From the human T2T-CHM13v2.0 reference genome, Homo sapiens: DNA of 64,000 nucleotides. Shown here one piece after another: positions 18,001 to 32,782 of this stretch. The DNA lies in NCBI RefSeq assembly GCF_009914755.1, contig NC_060946.1. One strand, 5' to 3'. Each line of letters begins with the position of its first letter. The first letter of the stretch is position 1. The notes beneath the pieces were generated by a model. It ran no database searches and was not told where the DNA came from. It saw only the letters and a program-made list of their open reading frames with translations. The position numbers and the translations under genes are program-made.

Positions 18001-21000
18001 CCCCAACTTTCCCAGGCTACACCTCGTAGGAAACTGTTCTCCTGCTTTGATTTCATGCGCCACCTTTGGGACAATCTAAGAACTTCCAAGTTTTCTTGGC
18101 CAGATATATTAGGAATTGTATGCACTGAAACACTGAAAAGCAACTAGTGGTTCTGTGGTTCCCACGTTGTGGTTTTGACACCAGCAGCATCCTTGCCACA
18201 ATCAAACCCCGGAGATCCACAGATCTGTGTTGTAACAAGACCTCCCCCTGACCCTGATGCATGGCAGTTTAAGAAGTCTTTCCGTGTAAGCGAAAAGACT
18301 TTGAAGAAAGGGTGGAGATATGCGTTGTATAAACATTCTTTTGCTCCGGAACCACGTGGAGTCTTGGGAGCCAGTTGGGTGGAGCATTCGTTGGATGAGG
18401 GTGCTCGGGTTCGGAATATCAAGGTGTGGTTCCAGATAATCCAATCATCTAATTAAGATTCCAGTTGTGCTCATCTGTTTTAAAATTCCGTTTGGGTAAA
18501 TTCTTTTAGTCAGACTGAGAATGGCAAAGCCTCAATCCCAATTTCCAGGGAGGGTTGACAGCCTCAGGTGGAGTTGATCACCAGTAGCCTATGGTTTAAC
18601 CCATCATGCCTATAGAATGAGGTCTCCATAAAAACCCAAAAGGACTGGGTTCAGGGAGCTTCTGGATAACACTTCCTGGAAGGTAGTGCGCCCCTCCCCA
18701 CATGCCGGGCCCCACATTTATTTCTGAACCTTTTGCAATGTCCGCTAAAATACAACGGCAAATGTGAGTGTTTCCCTGAGTGCTGTGAGCTCTTCCAGCA
18801 AATGAATGCAACTAAATCTGGGAGTGGTGGCAACCTGATTTATAGCAAGTTGCTGAGAAGCACAGGTGAAACAACGTAGGGCTTCCCATTGTTATTAGTG
18901 TGGGAGGCCTGTCTGGCGGGACTCGGCCCTTTGGAATCTAATGCTATGTCCCGGTAGATAGCGTCACCATTGAATTAGAAGACACACATATGTTGAGAAT
19001 AATCTTTCTGGTCATTTGCCGCATGTCCTATTTACAATATGTAATCAAATTCTTTATCCTGACCTTATGGCACCTGGGTTGAGAACCATGATTTGAACCA
19101 AACATTGGTCTGTCACTTTCGGAGTTGGAAACTTTATTTTGCCTTTAGCGTTTTGCTATTGCTTTTTCGTTTTCTTTTGTTTCGTTTCGTTTCTAAGTGC
19201 TGGGGTATACGTGCAGGATGGGCAGATTTGTTACTAAGGTAAACGTGTGCCATGGTGGTTTGCTGCACCTGTCAACCCATCACCTAGGTATTAAGCCCAG
19301 CATGCAGTAGCTGTTTTTCTTAACGCTCTGCCTCCCGAAAGGCCCCAGTGTGTGTTGTTCCCCTTCCTGTGTCCATGTGATCTCATTTTTCAGCTCCCAT
19401 TATAAGTGAGAATGTGGCGTTTGGTTTTCTTTCCCTGGATTAGTTTGCTGAGGATAATGACCACACATCACCACTGATTTGTTTTTTAGTATAAAGAGTA
19501 GTATTTTATTGAATAAGATTTGCTCACAGAAAAATAAGCTTAAATCTACAATGAATGCCAGACTCTACAGCAGAAAGCAATTTTCTCACTTTTCCACACA
19601 CAATGGTTCCTACTAAGTGAAAAAAGCCATAAAATTTCATTCACAAATGTACTACTCTGTCTCAAAACATCTCACATACTCTTGCACTGTACTAAAGCCA
19701 TTAGATCAGTTCTTCAGTCAGGTTAAAGAAGTATCCCTCTAATAACTGACTTTTATAATGCTATCAGTAGGCACTCCCAATCAGTCTGCCATTGTTAATG
19801 GTGTACAGCATTACTGCATACACTGGAATTGATGACACCCATATCCACGGACAAACCGAGACTTATGATGGTTTGATTCATGATTTTTCAACGTTATGAT
19901 GGGTTTATTGGAATATTAGATGCGTTTCTGAGTTACACTGGGTTTATGAGTATGCGACCCTATACTCCAGAAACAGCTGTATAAGGAAAAACAGGTGTAC
20001 CTAATAAAAATATGCTTAGTGACTTGGGATAAACCAATAGATGTTCACAACTGATGGAGAGCCGTGAAAGAGAGATAGCGGTAAATAGTTACAATAACAC
20101 AAGTTTCCTGCACCTGTCGAGGATTTCCCCAAAAAAACGCAGAATGTGGGATGCACCTAAGGCATATGAAAGAGAGAGGGCAGAAGGAGTAAGAGAGAAA
20201 TAGGAGGAAGGAAGGAAGGAAGGAAAGAAGGAAGGTAGGAAGGAAGGAAGGAAAGAAGGAAGGAAGGAAGGAAGGAAGCAAAGAAGGACGAACGGAAGGA
20301 GGAAACACCCGGTGTTACTAAAACCCCCAAAAAATATGGTTTCCCCCTGTGGGTAAGCCTACAGTGTGGATGAATCTTGAAAATATTGTGCTACGTGTTA
20401 TGTCAGTCATAACAGCTCACCTATTGTGCAATTCCGTTTATAGGAAATGTCCACAATATGGAAATCTATGCATATGGGGTTGATCGCACTAGGTAGTTGC
20501 TACCTAGGGCTGAGGGTCAGGGAGGGGGTTTGAGACCGAATGAGGAGTGACTAATGTCTACAGGGTTTTTCTCTGGTCGGGGGTGATAAGACGTTCTACA
20601 ATGGATTGCGAATTAAAATTGAATGTGCACAACCACAGGTATACTAAAAGCCACTCAATTCATGACTTTTAATGGGGGAAAAGTGAAAAGAAGCAATCAC
20701 AGGTATATGAAAATTTAAGTTCTTGTTTAATATTAGGTTTTTTTTTTTGCTTTACTAACAAAGCATAGTCCAAATGACATGACCTTTCAGACTATACCTT
20801 TAGAATCCAATAGATCATAATTTTATATGTAATTTTTAAAACATCATAACCAGTTATGAAACTTAAGATATTCTTACTATCTCGAGTAACTATTAGTTAT
20901 TCTAGTAATTCTTAGTATCTCTAGTAACTCATAGCTGTCTTTACCCTTGGAATTGAGGCAAGAAATTTTCAGAATTATCTTGCTGTTTTATTTATATAAC

Positions 21001-21906
21001 CTTACTCATAATACACAAGGTAACATGAAGTATTGGGTCATATTACTGAGGAATAGAAATTATGAACAGTTTAACAACAATGGCCACTGAGTTAAACTAG
21101 TGTTAAAGGAGTCATCATTGCCAGTGCTTCAAAAGTTGCAGTTTTATATTGCTGGTCACCAGTGCCGAGGTTAAAGATTTATTCTGTTTTGTGGTCACCA
21201 GTTGACTTCTGTGTCTGTGTTCAGGGAGTGAATGGGGTCATAAAAGTCAATGCAGTTGCCTATTAAGAGAATCCTACCTTGCAGAATGGGATCTTTGGTG
21301 TCAGGGTGTGAACAATAACTTTATTTCAACATAAATACATAGTAAACATTACTAAAATTTAAAAAATCCAAACCCTATCACTACCGGAACTTAAAATATA
21401 TTAAAAGTGGATATAAGCAGAAATTCTATCTAGATACATAACACTATCATAGTATATCATTTGAATTAGAATTTAAAATTTTGATTCTCTTTCTTATTGG
21501 TGTTCAGTTTAGCTCTTAATAATTTAGTGTTTGCCTAGTGCTCTAGTTAATCTTCAGAAATAAACATGCACTGTAGGGGCTTACTCTTTCTGGTATGCTG
21601 AGGTAAAGTCTTTGTAAGAGAGGGAGCTTTTATAATACTACCTATCATCTTTGAATTCATTTCTGGTAGATTTTACACAAATGCATTAAGTTTAGTCCAA
21701 ACAGACACTGAGAGTTCAGCTTGCTGGTTCATGTTTCTGTCCTATGTTAAGCCAAGGCAAATTATTTTTCACTTTTTAGTCACAATCCCATAATTTAAGA
21801 GTAGCAACACATAGATTAAGTTTCACAGTTAAATTTTAACTATTTTCTAATATTTCTTTGTTTATACTTGATTAAAGCTAATTTTAAAACATGCACTCTG
21901 ACAGAA

Positions 21907-23011
21907 AAGACATCTGAGAAACAAAACAAGCAAATTTGTTTTCCATTTTGCACCTGCCCCCCCCCCAAAAAAAAAGTCTCAAGAACCAGAACTGGGTAAG
22001 AACAGTGATAAAGGGAATCAATCTATATATTCATGACTTTCTTTAATATTCATTACAAACAAGTTCAAGCTGAATATTGGTAAAAGTTCTGAAAACTCCA
22101 AAATTACTGCTTGCCCTGAGGAAGAGCTCCTACATGGTAACTCTAAAGAGGGATGAACAAAAAAGGAGTGCCCTCTAGTCTGATGAATCATGTCCCTGAT
22201 TGTGAGGAGAAAAATGTATCTGGAGGGTCTAGCTCTGTGGCAGTCCAGGCAGCGCCTGAACAGAGGAAGCCCATGTCAAATGTCTTTTTATTCGATTCAC
22301 ACTCTAGGTCCCTGAAATACACTTACCAGTCATCTTCTAAGCTTCATTTAAATTAAAATAAATCAGACTATAAAAATGATAACAAACAAGACACACAGCT
22401 TGTTTCTAACACAGATGATGGAAATTTTTGTTATTATATAGAAACTGAAAAAGTAAGGAACCCAGTAATTATGATTGAAATGAAAGATGATTAAGAGTTT
22501 GACATGCAAATGGAAAAATATATAAACCCAAATACTACTAATTGGAAATTAGACATTAGGCATTGGTCTCAGTCTAGAGATCCAGAAAGTCTTTTTGATT
22601 TGTAGTTTACCCACCCCAAAGAAATGAAGCATATGATTCAGATAGAAAGTCACAGTATTTCTGCTGCTACAGATACTTATAAAAACAGAAAACCAACATA
22701 GTGCTTATTCCAGAAGCCGCTGTATGACAATCCCAGTGTTAATAACTACAAAACCATCAATCTTGAATTATAAAATGCGGGTTATTCTTTGCCACATAGT
22801 GAGAGAACATCAAAAATATAGTTAGAAGACTTACAGCAAGATATTCCAAGGTCACTAACATAGCACATGTATACATATGTAACAAACTTGCACATTGTGC
22901 ACATGTACCAGAACTTAAAGTATAATAATAGTAAAAAGAATGAGGTAGGCATGTTACAAGTAGAGTTCCTGGCTTTGGAGAAAGAGAAAGTCCAACTTCA
23001 AAAAGACAGAG
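21907..23011 (+). pseudogene. Decayed CCDC144/ANKRD26-like large exon within the ANKRD20A-type intron
   Basis: Translates in pieces to ITACPEEELL..., VPDCEEKNVSG..., QSSSKLHLN*, VRNPVIMIEMKDD*EFDMQM and KNEVGMLQVEFLALEKEKVQLQKD, similar to recalled CCDC144A; contains several stops. Confidence 0.7.
22858..22935 (+). mobile_element. Very short L1PA 3'-terminal insertion
   Basis: gcacatgtatacatatgtaacaaacttgcacattgtgcacatgtacc...aacttaaagtataataat. Confidence 0.85.
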
Positions 23012-24941
23012 GTTCACTTGCTGCTTCTTTTTTCTCTTTATCAATTATTTGATTTAGTCAAATTTTCTATTCAAGAAAATCTCATGTGTACAGTTACAGC
23101 GGGGTTTTCTAAATGTGTAATTATGTGTCAAAGTAGATTAGTTCTGCTATCTAAACAAAGGTTCTGGAGAATGTTCTCATAATGTTTCTTCATTAATCAA
23201 CCTAAGTCTCACTCTCAGTCTTCCAAGTGGCATATGAGCTGGGAAACTAATTCAGCCATATACCATGTGACCTTCTGAACCAGATCAACATAAAGAAATT
23301 GCTAAAGAAATAAGCTTTAGATTCTAGATTCTTTTTTCTGTATTCATCTAGAGATGAATTACATTTATTTGATGATAGAATGGGAATACAATGAGAGGGA
23401 AGCAATGACTGAGATGAGCCACAAAAACACGTCTAGCCTTGAGAGTTGCAATGAATATTCCCAGCCAAATGAGTCTGTTTAATGTGTTTTCATGCACGCC
23501 AGTTTATCTGCTTAGCTCAAACTGTTTGAATTTATAGTTCCATCATGGTTATTTCCAATATTTTGAAAACAAATATATACATCCACATATTTTAAAAAAT
23601 CACCACTCCAATATTTCTGTTGAATCAGACCTTACATTATGTTGTTTAATAAAGTATGGTAAGTTTTGGCATGTATGATTTTTATCATGTAAGAAAGAAG
23701 CATAATTTCTTAGCTAAAAATTTAGCCTTTGACTCTTTAGTAGAAAGTTGAGTTCTGTACATTGTGTTCTAAAGATAGACAAAAATCTAGAGATTTTCTT
23801 CTTTCAAAGTAAAAGCAGATGAGGCCTTTTCCCACCCTCTGAGGTGTTAAATTGCTTTGCTCAAGTTAGACTTTTAATATATCTGACTAATTTGATAAAT
23901 TTATCTGGTAATTTATGTAATTCAGCAATATGGAATTGTATCATGTTATTTGGTGCCGTGAAATGCTAGGGAATGCCACCTCAAGAGCTCTGGATGAAAC
24001 ATTTCATATGTCTTGGTTGGTTTGACTCCCATTTTCAGTAGATAATGGGGCTAAAGTAGATAACTGTACCGTATGTTTTCCACCTATAAACGTTTGTGGT
24101 AATTGAATATGAAATCTGGGAAGCATCTCGTTTTCCAGAATTCTGCACTAGAAACTCAGCAGTTTCACTCTGCTTCTTGTGTTGTGGCAAACATTGGTTC
24201 CCATAGTTCAGGGAGAACTTTCACTTTTTTGATATCCCAGGATCCAAAAAAAAAAAAAAAAAAGAGAGAGATAAAAGGCAGTGGGGAAAAGAATAGCTCA
24301 GTGCAGAAAAGGGAAAACTTCTTTACTCTTCCTGAAGGCCTACAAGGTCACATCCTCTTAATCTGGCTATTTCATGTAAAATCCAGGTGGCAAAGACAGA
24401 AGATATATGTTATGCCTGTGTCTTTTTATTTCTCTGTTTCTGCCAGTCAGATAGCATAAACATTTATATCAGATAGCAAAGAGTGGATGCGAATAAAAGC
24501 ACAAAATGGAGAAGAGTCTTTTTTGAAATTTTGGAAAATTATTCCATTCACTCAAACAGAAATGAGCAGACTTGACAAAAATTTCAATGATAAAATGATA
24601 AGTATCTTATAATTATTATGTATAATGATAAAGTAAGCACAAAATAGTTTTATCATTAAAATGGTGATAGTTAACCTGAATCAAGTGAAAAAATCAGGGA
24701 AAAAGGTTTTATAGAATAAAATAATAATTATTATTCATATTACTTTTATTAAAGGTCAAAGAAGGAAATAATACAAACAAAAGTGAAAAAATACAACTAT
24801 CAGAAAATGTATGTCATAGTACATCTTCTGCTGCTGCTGACAGATTAACCAAACAAAGAAAGGTTGGGAAAACGTATCCTCAGCAATTTCCCAAGAAACT
24901 GAAGGAAGAGCATGATAGGTAAGTAAGCCTATAGCAGTGTG

Positions 24942-25259
<318 letters not shown>

Positions 25260-28200
25260 ACCTATAGCAGTATTTCTCAGCGGATAATTGTCATTGTGCT
25301 ATAAACTAATTCAAAATTGGACTAATGTTCCTTATGATTAACAAGTTTTATAGTTTTACCAGGGATATTTAGCCCTGCCTGGTAATCAGAAAAATGCAAA
25401 TTAACATAAAATAAGATATATTTTGTAAAGTCATGCTGATATTGAAAAAGTAATTACTACCATTGAAAATGTGAGGAAAAAGGCATTCTCATACACTGTT
25501 GGTATATGAAATTTGTAAATTATTTCTGAAGGGTAACTTAGTGCTGTGTATCAAAATTTCAAATAACCTGACATCCCTTTAACTCAACAACTCCACTTCT
25601 GGGACTAGATTTCACAGGAAAACATAACTTGTGTAAACATACACACACTTATTAAGGGCATTAATTATATATTACACATAATGAACAATAGCTTAATAAA
25701 TATATAAAATATATGTAATAAGAAGGTGAATTGGAAGTATTAAGAAAGAATTATAAAAAGTGTGGGGTAACAGATGTTAGACTCTTTAGCCTAGTTTTAG
25801 ATGACAATCATCTGCAGATATAGTTTGTGTGAGAGACATCTTACTCTGTAAATCATTTGGAGAGACACATACAATATTTCATAGAGATGAAAATTTATTT
25901 CTAGTGAACTTATACGCTTGTCAATAAATCGTAACTTTAAAAATTTAGTTGATTGTAAATGATCTTTTCTTATCGGGGAGTAATTATGACTGTGTGATTT
26001 GAAAAGGTAATTTTGAACTTCTAACTATACTGAATTATTTCCAGTATCCTTTTTTATAATACATACTAGAGTGACTAGTAACAAAAACTTTAGCAGAATA
26101 TTCTTTCCTTACTACTTTTCAAGTATATACATTCGTTTGAAGATGTTGAAGTGAGAAATTAAATATCTGAGAACTACAAAGGAAAAATAATCCAGCACAT
26201 AGAAATTTTATTAGGATGATAAGGAGCATCTGCAGAGGTAGATCACAGGATGATCTCTTTGTTTTTTAACAAAATGAATTTTAAGATAAATGTCTTTATC
26301 TGCAGATGCATCTTAAGACAAGAAAGTGAAGAAAAAACAAATGTTAATATGCTGTACAAAAAAATAGAGAAGAATTAGAAAGGAAAGAGAAACAATATAA
26401 GAAAGAAGTTGAAGCAAAACAACTTGAACCAACTGTTCAATCACTAGAGATGAAACTGAAGACTACAAGAAATACTCCAAATCAGATAAATCAATCTTTG
26501 GTAAAAATTCTATATTTTAAACTTTATTTTATCAATGTTACTTATAATATCCTCTTGATTTAATATATAATATTTTGGTCTAAAACAAACCAGAAATGTT
26601 ATCTCATTTTCAAAAAATGAATGATGACACTTACAGGTACAATTATTAATATTTATTATAAATAATGGCATCCACATAGGATATTATTTTATTACAAAGA
26701 GCTTTTGAAAACAATAATATGCCATAATATATACTTAGTGATAACCTATTGATAAAGATTTTTTCCCAGTAAAGTTGTTCCTTGTACTTCCCACTATTTC
26801 ATATTGATTACTGTACCTAATACTATAAAGAGGAAACAAATTATTGCAATCACAAGTAATCTCATTATATTCTAAGAAGAGCTCTATAAATTTTATCTTA
26901 TTTACCATTGGTGTTTTGAAATAAAAGTTTTCTTTCGTATTGATACATTTACACCACAGAAGTAACTGTGATCTGTCAGAGAACTAGAAGTAGAGTCAGA
27001 AGTCCTGGGGAAAATCCTATAGCTTGCTTATATTTTTAACATCTCTTTTTCAAAATTGTGGTAACTAGATGAGTTCATCAATGAATGTATATAGGAGTGA
27101 CTAGTATAATGTCTAGATTTATGATTTAGTAAATGTAATTCTTACAACTGACTATAAAAGTGTTAAAAGAGTCAAATTGAAATAGAATGTTATCAGTGAA
27201 ACAGAACTGTAGTAACTCTGGGAAATTTTATCTGTCCAAATACGTGTGAAGTAAGTTTCTTACTATAGGGTGGTGTATGGGTTAGATATCAAAGTGTAAA
27301 TGCAATTTTTTGATATATTTTAATTTAGTCAAATTTGTTAATGCCTTAATTTATGCTTTTGAGTTTGTTATAATTCAGGGAAAGGCTTTTCCAATTCTGA
27401 AATTCTTAAAAATTCTCTGGTGTGCGTGTGTGTGTGTGTTTACTTTTATAAATTCATTGACTTTAAATAAATTTCTGAACTTTTTGGAACTTATGCTCTA
27501 TAAGGTTCAAAGTCTTGCTTCAACTATTTCTCCAGTTGGATATCCACTTACAGTAAGCTTTTTAGTATATGGATGTGCAGGTTATTCTTTAACTTCAGAG
27601 GTAATCATGATATGTTATTTTATTGAGTACTAGCTAAAACTTTCTTTTGTTTTATTTAGGATTTTCATAATCACGAAGAAATGAAAGATCTGATGGATGA
27701 AAATTGCATTTTGAAGACAGATATTGCTATACTCAGACAGGAAATATGCACAATGAAAAATGACAACCTGGAAAAAGAAAATAAATATCTTAAGACGTTA
27801 AAATTGTTAAAAAAACAAATGCTGTCCTTGAAAAGTATATAAAACTCAATGAGGAATTGATAACAAAAACAGCATTCCGGTATCAACAAGAGCTTAATGA
27901 TCTCAAAGCTGAGAATACAAGGCTCAATTCCGAACTGTTGAAGGAAGAAGAAAGCAACAAAAGACTGGAAGCTGAAATTGAATCATCAGTCTAGACTGAC
28001 TGCTGCTATAAGTAAACACAGTGAAAGTGTGAAAACAGAAAGAAACCTAAAACTTGCATTAGAGTGAACACAAGATGTTTCCGTACAAGTAAAAATGAGT
28101 TCTGATATTTCCGAAGTAGAAGATAAGAATGAGTTTCTTACTGAACAACTTTCTAAAACGGAAATTAAATTCAATACCTTAAACGATAAGTTCCGTAAGA

Positions 28201-28649
28201 AAAGAGATACTCTCAGAAAAAAGTCATTGGCTTTAGAAACTCTCCAAGCGACCTAAGCCAAACACAGCAGCAAATAAAGGAAATGAAAGAGATGTATGAA
28301 AATGCAGAAGCTAAAGTGAATAATTCCACTGGAAAGTGGAGCTGTGTAGAAGAGAGGATATGTCAACTCCAACATGAAAATCCGTGCATTGAACAGCAAC
28401 TAGATGATGTTCATCAGAAAGAGGATCATAAAGAGATAGTAACTAATATCCAAAGAGGCTTTATTGAGAGTGAAAAGAAAGACCTCATGCTAGAAGAGAA
28501 AAATAAGAAGCTAATGAATGAATGTGATCATTTAAAAGAAAGTCTCTTTCTATATGAGAGAGAGAAAGCAGAAAGAGTAGTAAGTATCAAGGAAGATAAA
28601 TATTTTCAAACTTTTAGAAAGAAAATTTAAACATTTGGTTCTGGATACA

Positions 28650-28980
28650 TGTTGAACTTAGTTGAATATAAAAATCAATGGATAAAAAGTGTGTTTACCA
28701 TACTGTATAATTCCATTTACATGAAGCATCCAGAAAAGATAAACGTATAGGGACAAAAAGTAGACTAATGTTTGCAAAGGGCTGGGTCTGAAAGCTGGTA
28801 GTGACTGCTAATGGGCGTGAGGGATCTTGCAGTGATGGAAATGCTGTAAAGTTGGATTGTAGAGATGGCTGCACAACTCAGTAAATGGACTAAAAAATCT
28901 TTTAACCTTAAGTTAAAACAGATACATTCTATAGTATGTAAATTATATTTCAACAAAGCTGTTTTAATAAAAAAAGGAAA
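28650..28980 (+). mobile_element. L1M 3' UTR fragment
   Basis: catactgtataattccatttacatgaagcatccagaaaag...gatggctgcacaactcagtaaat...gtatgtaaattatatttcaacaaagctg. Confidence 0.7.
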
Positions 28981-30924
28981 ACCGTGTTTACTATACCAGC
29001 TTAGAAACGTGTCTCATTTCTAGGAAATCAAAGGTAGAGGTGAGAGATGATTTACTTTGAGAAAAGACATTGTGTCACCTATGAAATTTTATTAGGCACA
29101 GAGTCGTATTTTAAGGTAGATAGTTCTGTACTGCTGAAATAATAATTTTAATGACTTTATGTTGCCACATGTTAAGACCATAATGTAAGTATAAATGGAA
29201 ATGTTTACACCTGAAATGAGTATTTTCAAATTAAAATTTAATTGATTTTCTTTGACACTTAATTCTAGATTTCCCAGATGAACTGAAGTGTATTGCTTTG
29301 TCTTGTAATACCTTGCTTTAAGTAGCTTTTTATGTATTTTAGTTGGTATATCTTTGTTATTAATCATATTAATTTAACAAATCTGAAAATATGTCAAATT
29401 ACATATTTTTATGACTATGTAATGTTTTAAAGGCACCTACTTGTTATAAAATCATAATTTAGGATACATGTGGTAATATTTAGCAAAATTATATTTGGTT
29501 TAGTCTTCCCACTGGTATTCATAGTTTACTTTGAATATTTATATTAATAATTAGCTCCTAATTTTTATTTCAAGGCTCAATGACTATCATTGGAATATAA
29601 TTTTGTTCAGTACAAAGATACTTGTAACTGCCTGTGATTTATGAGTAAGGCATTAGATCCCTATTTTCAGACTGAGGGGTGGCAGGCTTCACGTACAGTG
29701 GGAATGGAGTAATTGCAGGAGGGAGTTGTAGGAGCTTTGAAGTCAGAGAGGGATGTAGAGACCTGTTTACCTAGGACCTCAAAGGCCATTGAAATTTTAC
29801 TTTTATTCTGAGATAGGAATCTGTTGGAAGGATTTGAACAGGTGATTGAATATGTCAGGAAGTTTGAGGTTGAGATGAGCTTCTAAGATGATTGAATGGT
29901 GGGATGAATCTGTTATGTAAGTAAGAGAATACCAACTTGGCAGGAAGAGAACATATTGTGCATCCCTCACTGAATTCAGTAATAAATACAAATGTGTACA
30001 TGTGATTAAAAGAAGGTGAATTTATATGTGTGGTGATAATTTTCAAAGTAGGTATGTTAGAGTTAAATATTATTAACATAATTTAATAATAAGGCAATTT
30101 ATAAAATCAGTAACAAAAATATTTTCTCAGGTGGTTGTGAGACAACTTCAACAAGAAGCGGCTGACAGCCTAAAAAAATTAACTATGTTAGAGTCTCCAC
30201 TGGAAGTATATCACATTATCACATTAATTTGGATGAGACACAGGTCCCAAAGAAGAAATTATTTCAAGTGGAAAGTCAAGTATGTATGGAACTTAGCATG
30301 TCAACTGTTATTCTGTAGCTAGTTGAATTACATAACATGTTTTAGGATACTAATTATGGCAGAAGCTTGATTTTTTATTTTCATTACAATGAATTATTTC
30401 CATTTTACTATCTCTATAATGTACTTATTTTTATAAAGTGACTTTCATTCTACCATTTTGAAAAACCATTGCATACCTTTTCTCTTACAATATGTACCCT
30501 TGGAAAAGTTGAGAATTATACATCATTCCTCATAGAAAACTGACTTTTGTCCTGTTAAAACAGTATTTTTAAGTAATTTTTGTATTGCTCTGATGAGGCA
30601 GGCCAGATTAAATCAGAGAAGAATGTTTCATGGAATGTTCCAGAAAATTGTCTTATTTCTTCACTTTTGTGAGTGGACACAGAATCTGTGTCTATTTATT
30701 TCACAGATTCTAGGTTAACTTGTACAGAAAGGCCATTATACTATTCTTTTAAAAGTGCATGTTTTAGGTTAATTTACAAACTATTTGAAAAGTTAAGCAT
30801 TTTCTTTATTTATCTTTTATTTAAAATATACTATAAAACTGTGGAAATATTTAAATTTGAGATAACATGTACATCAAAAATTGAGAGTTGAGAAAATTAT
30901 CTTGATCCTGCCTTTGGATTTTAA

Positions 30925-31425
30925 AAACAGTTTCACTGAGATATCATTCACATTTGAGAGAGTTCAACCATTTAAAATGTACAACTGAGTATCTATTAGT
31001 ATATTCACAGCATTTTCATCACCCTGAAAAGCAACCCCACATCTCCTAGGCATGACTGCAGCCTTCCTCCATGTCCCTCCACCTACCTCCGTTGTAGGCA
31101 ACCACCATCTATCTACTTTTGTCTCCATATGTTTGCCTGTTCTGCTTATTTCATATACATAGAGTTATACAATACGTAGTCCTCTGTGACTGGCTTTTTC
31201 ACTTAGCATAATGTTTTCAGAATTCACTTAGCGTAATGTTTTAGCACACATTGGTAGTTTATTTCTTCTTATAGTTAAATGATATTCTATTCCATGGCTA
31301 TACTGGTTTTCCATTCATTCATCAGTTGATGGACCTTTAGGTTAGTTTCCACTTTTTAGCTCTTATGAAAAATGCTGCTGTGAACATTCACTTACAAGTT
31401 ATTATGTGGACACAGGTTTTTATTT
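30925..31425 (-). mobile_element. L1M fragment
   Basis: tggctttttcacttagcataatgttttc...cattcatcagttgatggac...aatgctgctgtgaacattc. Confidence 0.75.
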
Positions 31426-32511
31426 ATCTGCCATTGGACTTTATCCTCAGAGTTAATTGGGCAGATTTCAGCACTTGTCTTGCTCATGCTATTCTTTCTA
31501 CCTTTTCAGTTTCTGTTCATCTGGCCTCATTCACTCAGATGTGGCAGACAATTTATTGTTTTCATGAAGCTTTCTCTGACTGTTCTCTCATTGACCTTAT
31601 GTGTTAGCAATCACTGTCTAGTCTGCGCAGAAAAACTTAGTTCTTAATTTTACATGGCTTTTTTTTATGGAAGATAATTTTCTCTCATTATAAATTTGCT
31701 TAATGGGGGAATAATATATAATATGTATGCCACCTATCCTTGCATACATTGAAAATATTTTAGCTTAGAAGTTTGTAGCATACAATTCAATACTTTATAC
31801 CATACCAATTATTTCTTCTTTGAGACCTTGACACAGTAAGGTTTATATTCTAAGTGTGTTTTTAGCAATTATATATCAAATCTAAACCAATTAGTTTAAT
31901 ACAGGAGACTTGTTAAATCACATATTTATGTTTTTCTCTCTATGAAAAAGAATCTAAATTGGCCTTTTTTCACTATGCAGCAGAACTGTATTTCTGGACT
32001 GCTACCAGTTTGCCAGCTGAACAGTTCTGGGTGCAGCTTGTCTGATGACGGATAGCACAGCACCTCAATCTGAGTGCTCAGCAGAGTGCTTGTGAAGGCA
32101 GCACCACAGCAACAGTTGCTCAGAGGGAACGGATTCAGGAGCCTTGATTTAGCAATAGAGTCCAGGGTTTTCAGCTCAGTGTCTTTAGCCTGTCTCTGCT
32201 GGTCATGTCAGTTATGTACTCTTCAATCCAGGAGGTGATGTTTACATTGTAGTACATACATAGTCATTGCCTAATGAGTCATACAGAGAGAAAAGTAAGT
32301 TATAAATTATGTCCCCCATTTGCTGCAACTCTCAGTGGTAAGAATGATTCAGTGCAGCTATAGGAGAGTACTTCCATTGGCATGCCACCTGCCTAAAATA
32401 CACAATTTTGTTAAGATATGCAATAAAATTATTATGTTAATAGCAAATATTTTATGTAGCTCACTATGTTCCACGTAGTCTTCTAAGTGTTTCATGTTAG
32501 TCCCCAGTTAA

Positions 32512-32782
32512 ACACCTGGTTTTGGAAGGTTGAAGCAGGAGGATCGTTTGAGCCCATGAGTTTGAGACCAGCCAGAGCAATATAGTGAGACCCTGTCTCA
32601 AAAAAAAAAAAAATTAAACACTTATCTGAGGCATGGTGGTGCACGCCTGTAGTCCCAGCTACATTGGGAGGCTGTGGTAGGAGGGTCGTTTGAGCTTGGA
32701 ATATTGAGGCTGTAGTGAACAGTGATCAAGCCACTGCACTGCAGGCTGGGTAACAGAGGGAGACTCTGTCTCATAAATAAAA
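32512..32782 (+). mobile_element. AluJ-like element, 5' truncated
   Basis: ggaggatcgtttgagccc...gagtttgagaccagcc...cctgtagtcccagctac...ccactgcact. Confidence 0.85.

Larger units (their letters stand above)
1..20680. repeat. Tandem macrosatellite array of ~6.17-kb composite units (ACRO1-containing composite); 3 full periods plus a 2183-bp terminal partial unit; probably continues left of the window
   Basis: The sequence at position 1 (aaattcttttagtcagactg) recurs at 6168, 12331 and 18498. The ORF track repeats with offsets 6167/6163/6167. Homology stops after ...aatgggggaa at 20680. Confidence 0.97.

Noticed and set aside
28283-28630. 115-aa and 154-aa (41219-41683) coiled-coil ORFs as functional genes
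   Set aside because: Exon remnants of the disabled, 5'-truncated ANKRD20A-family pseudogene.
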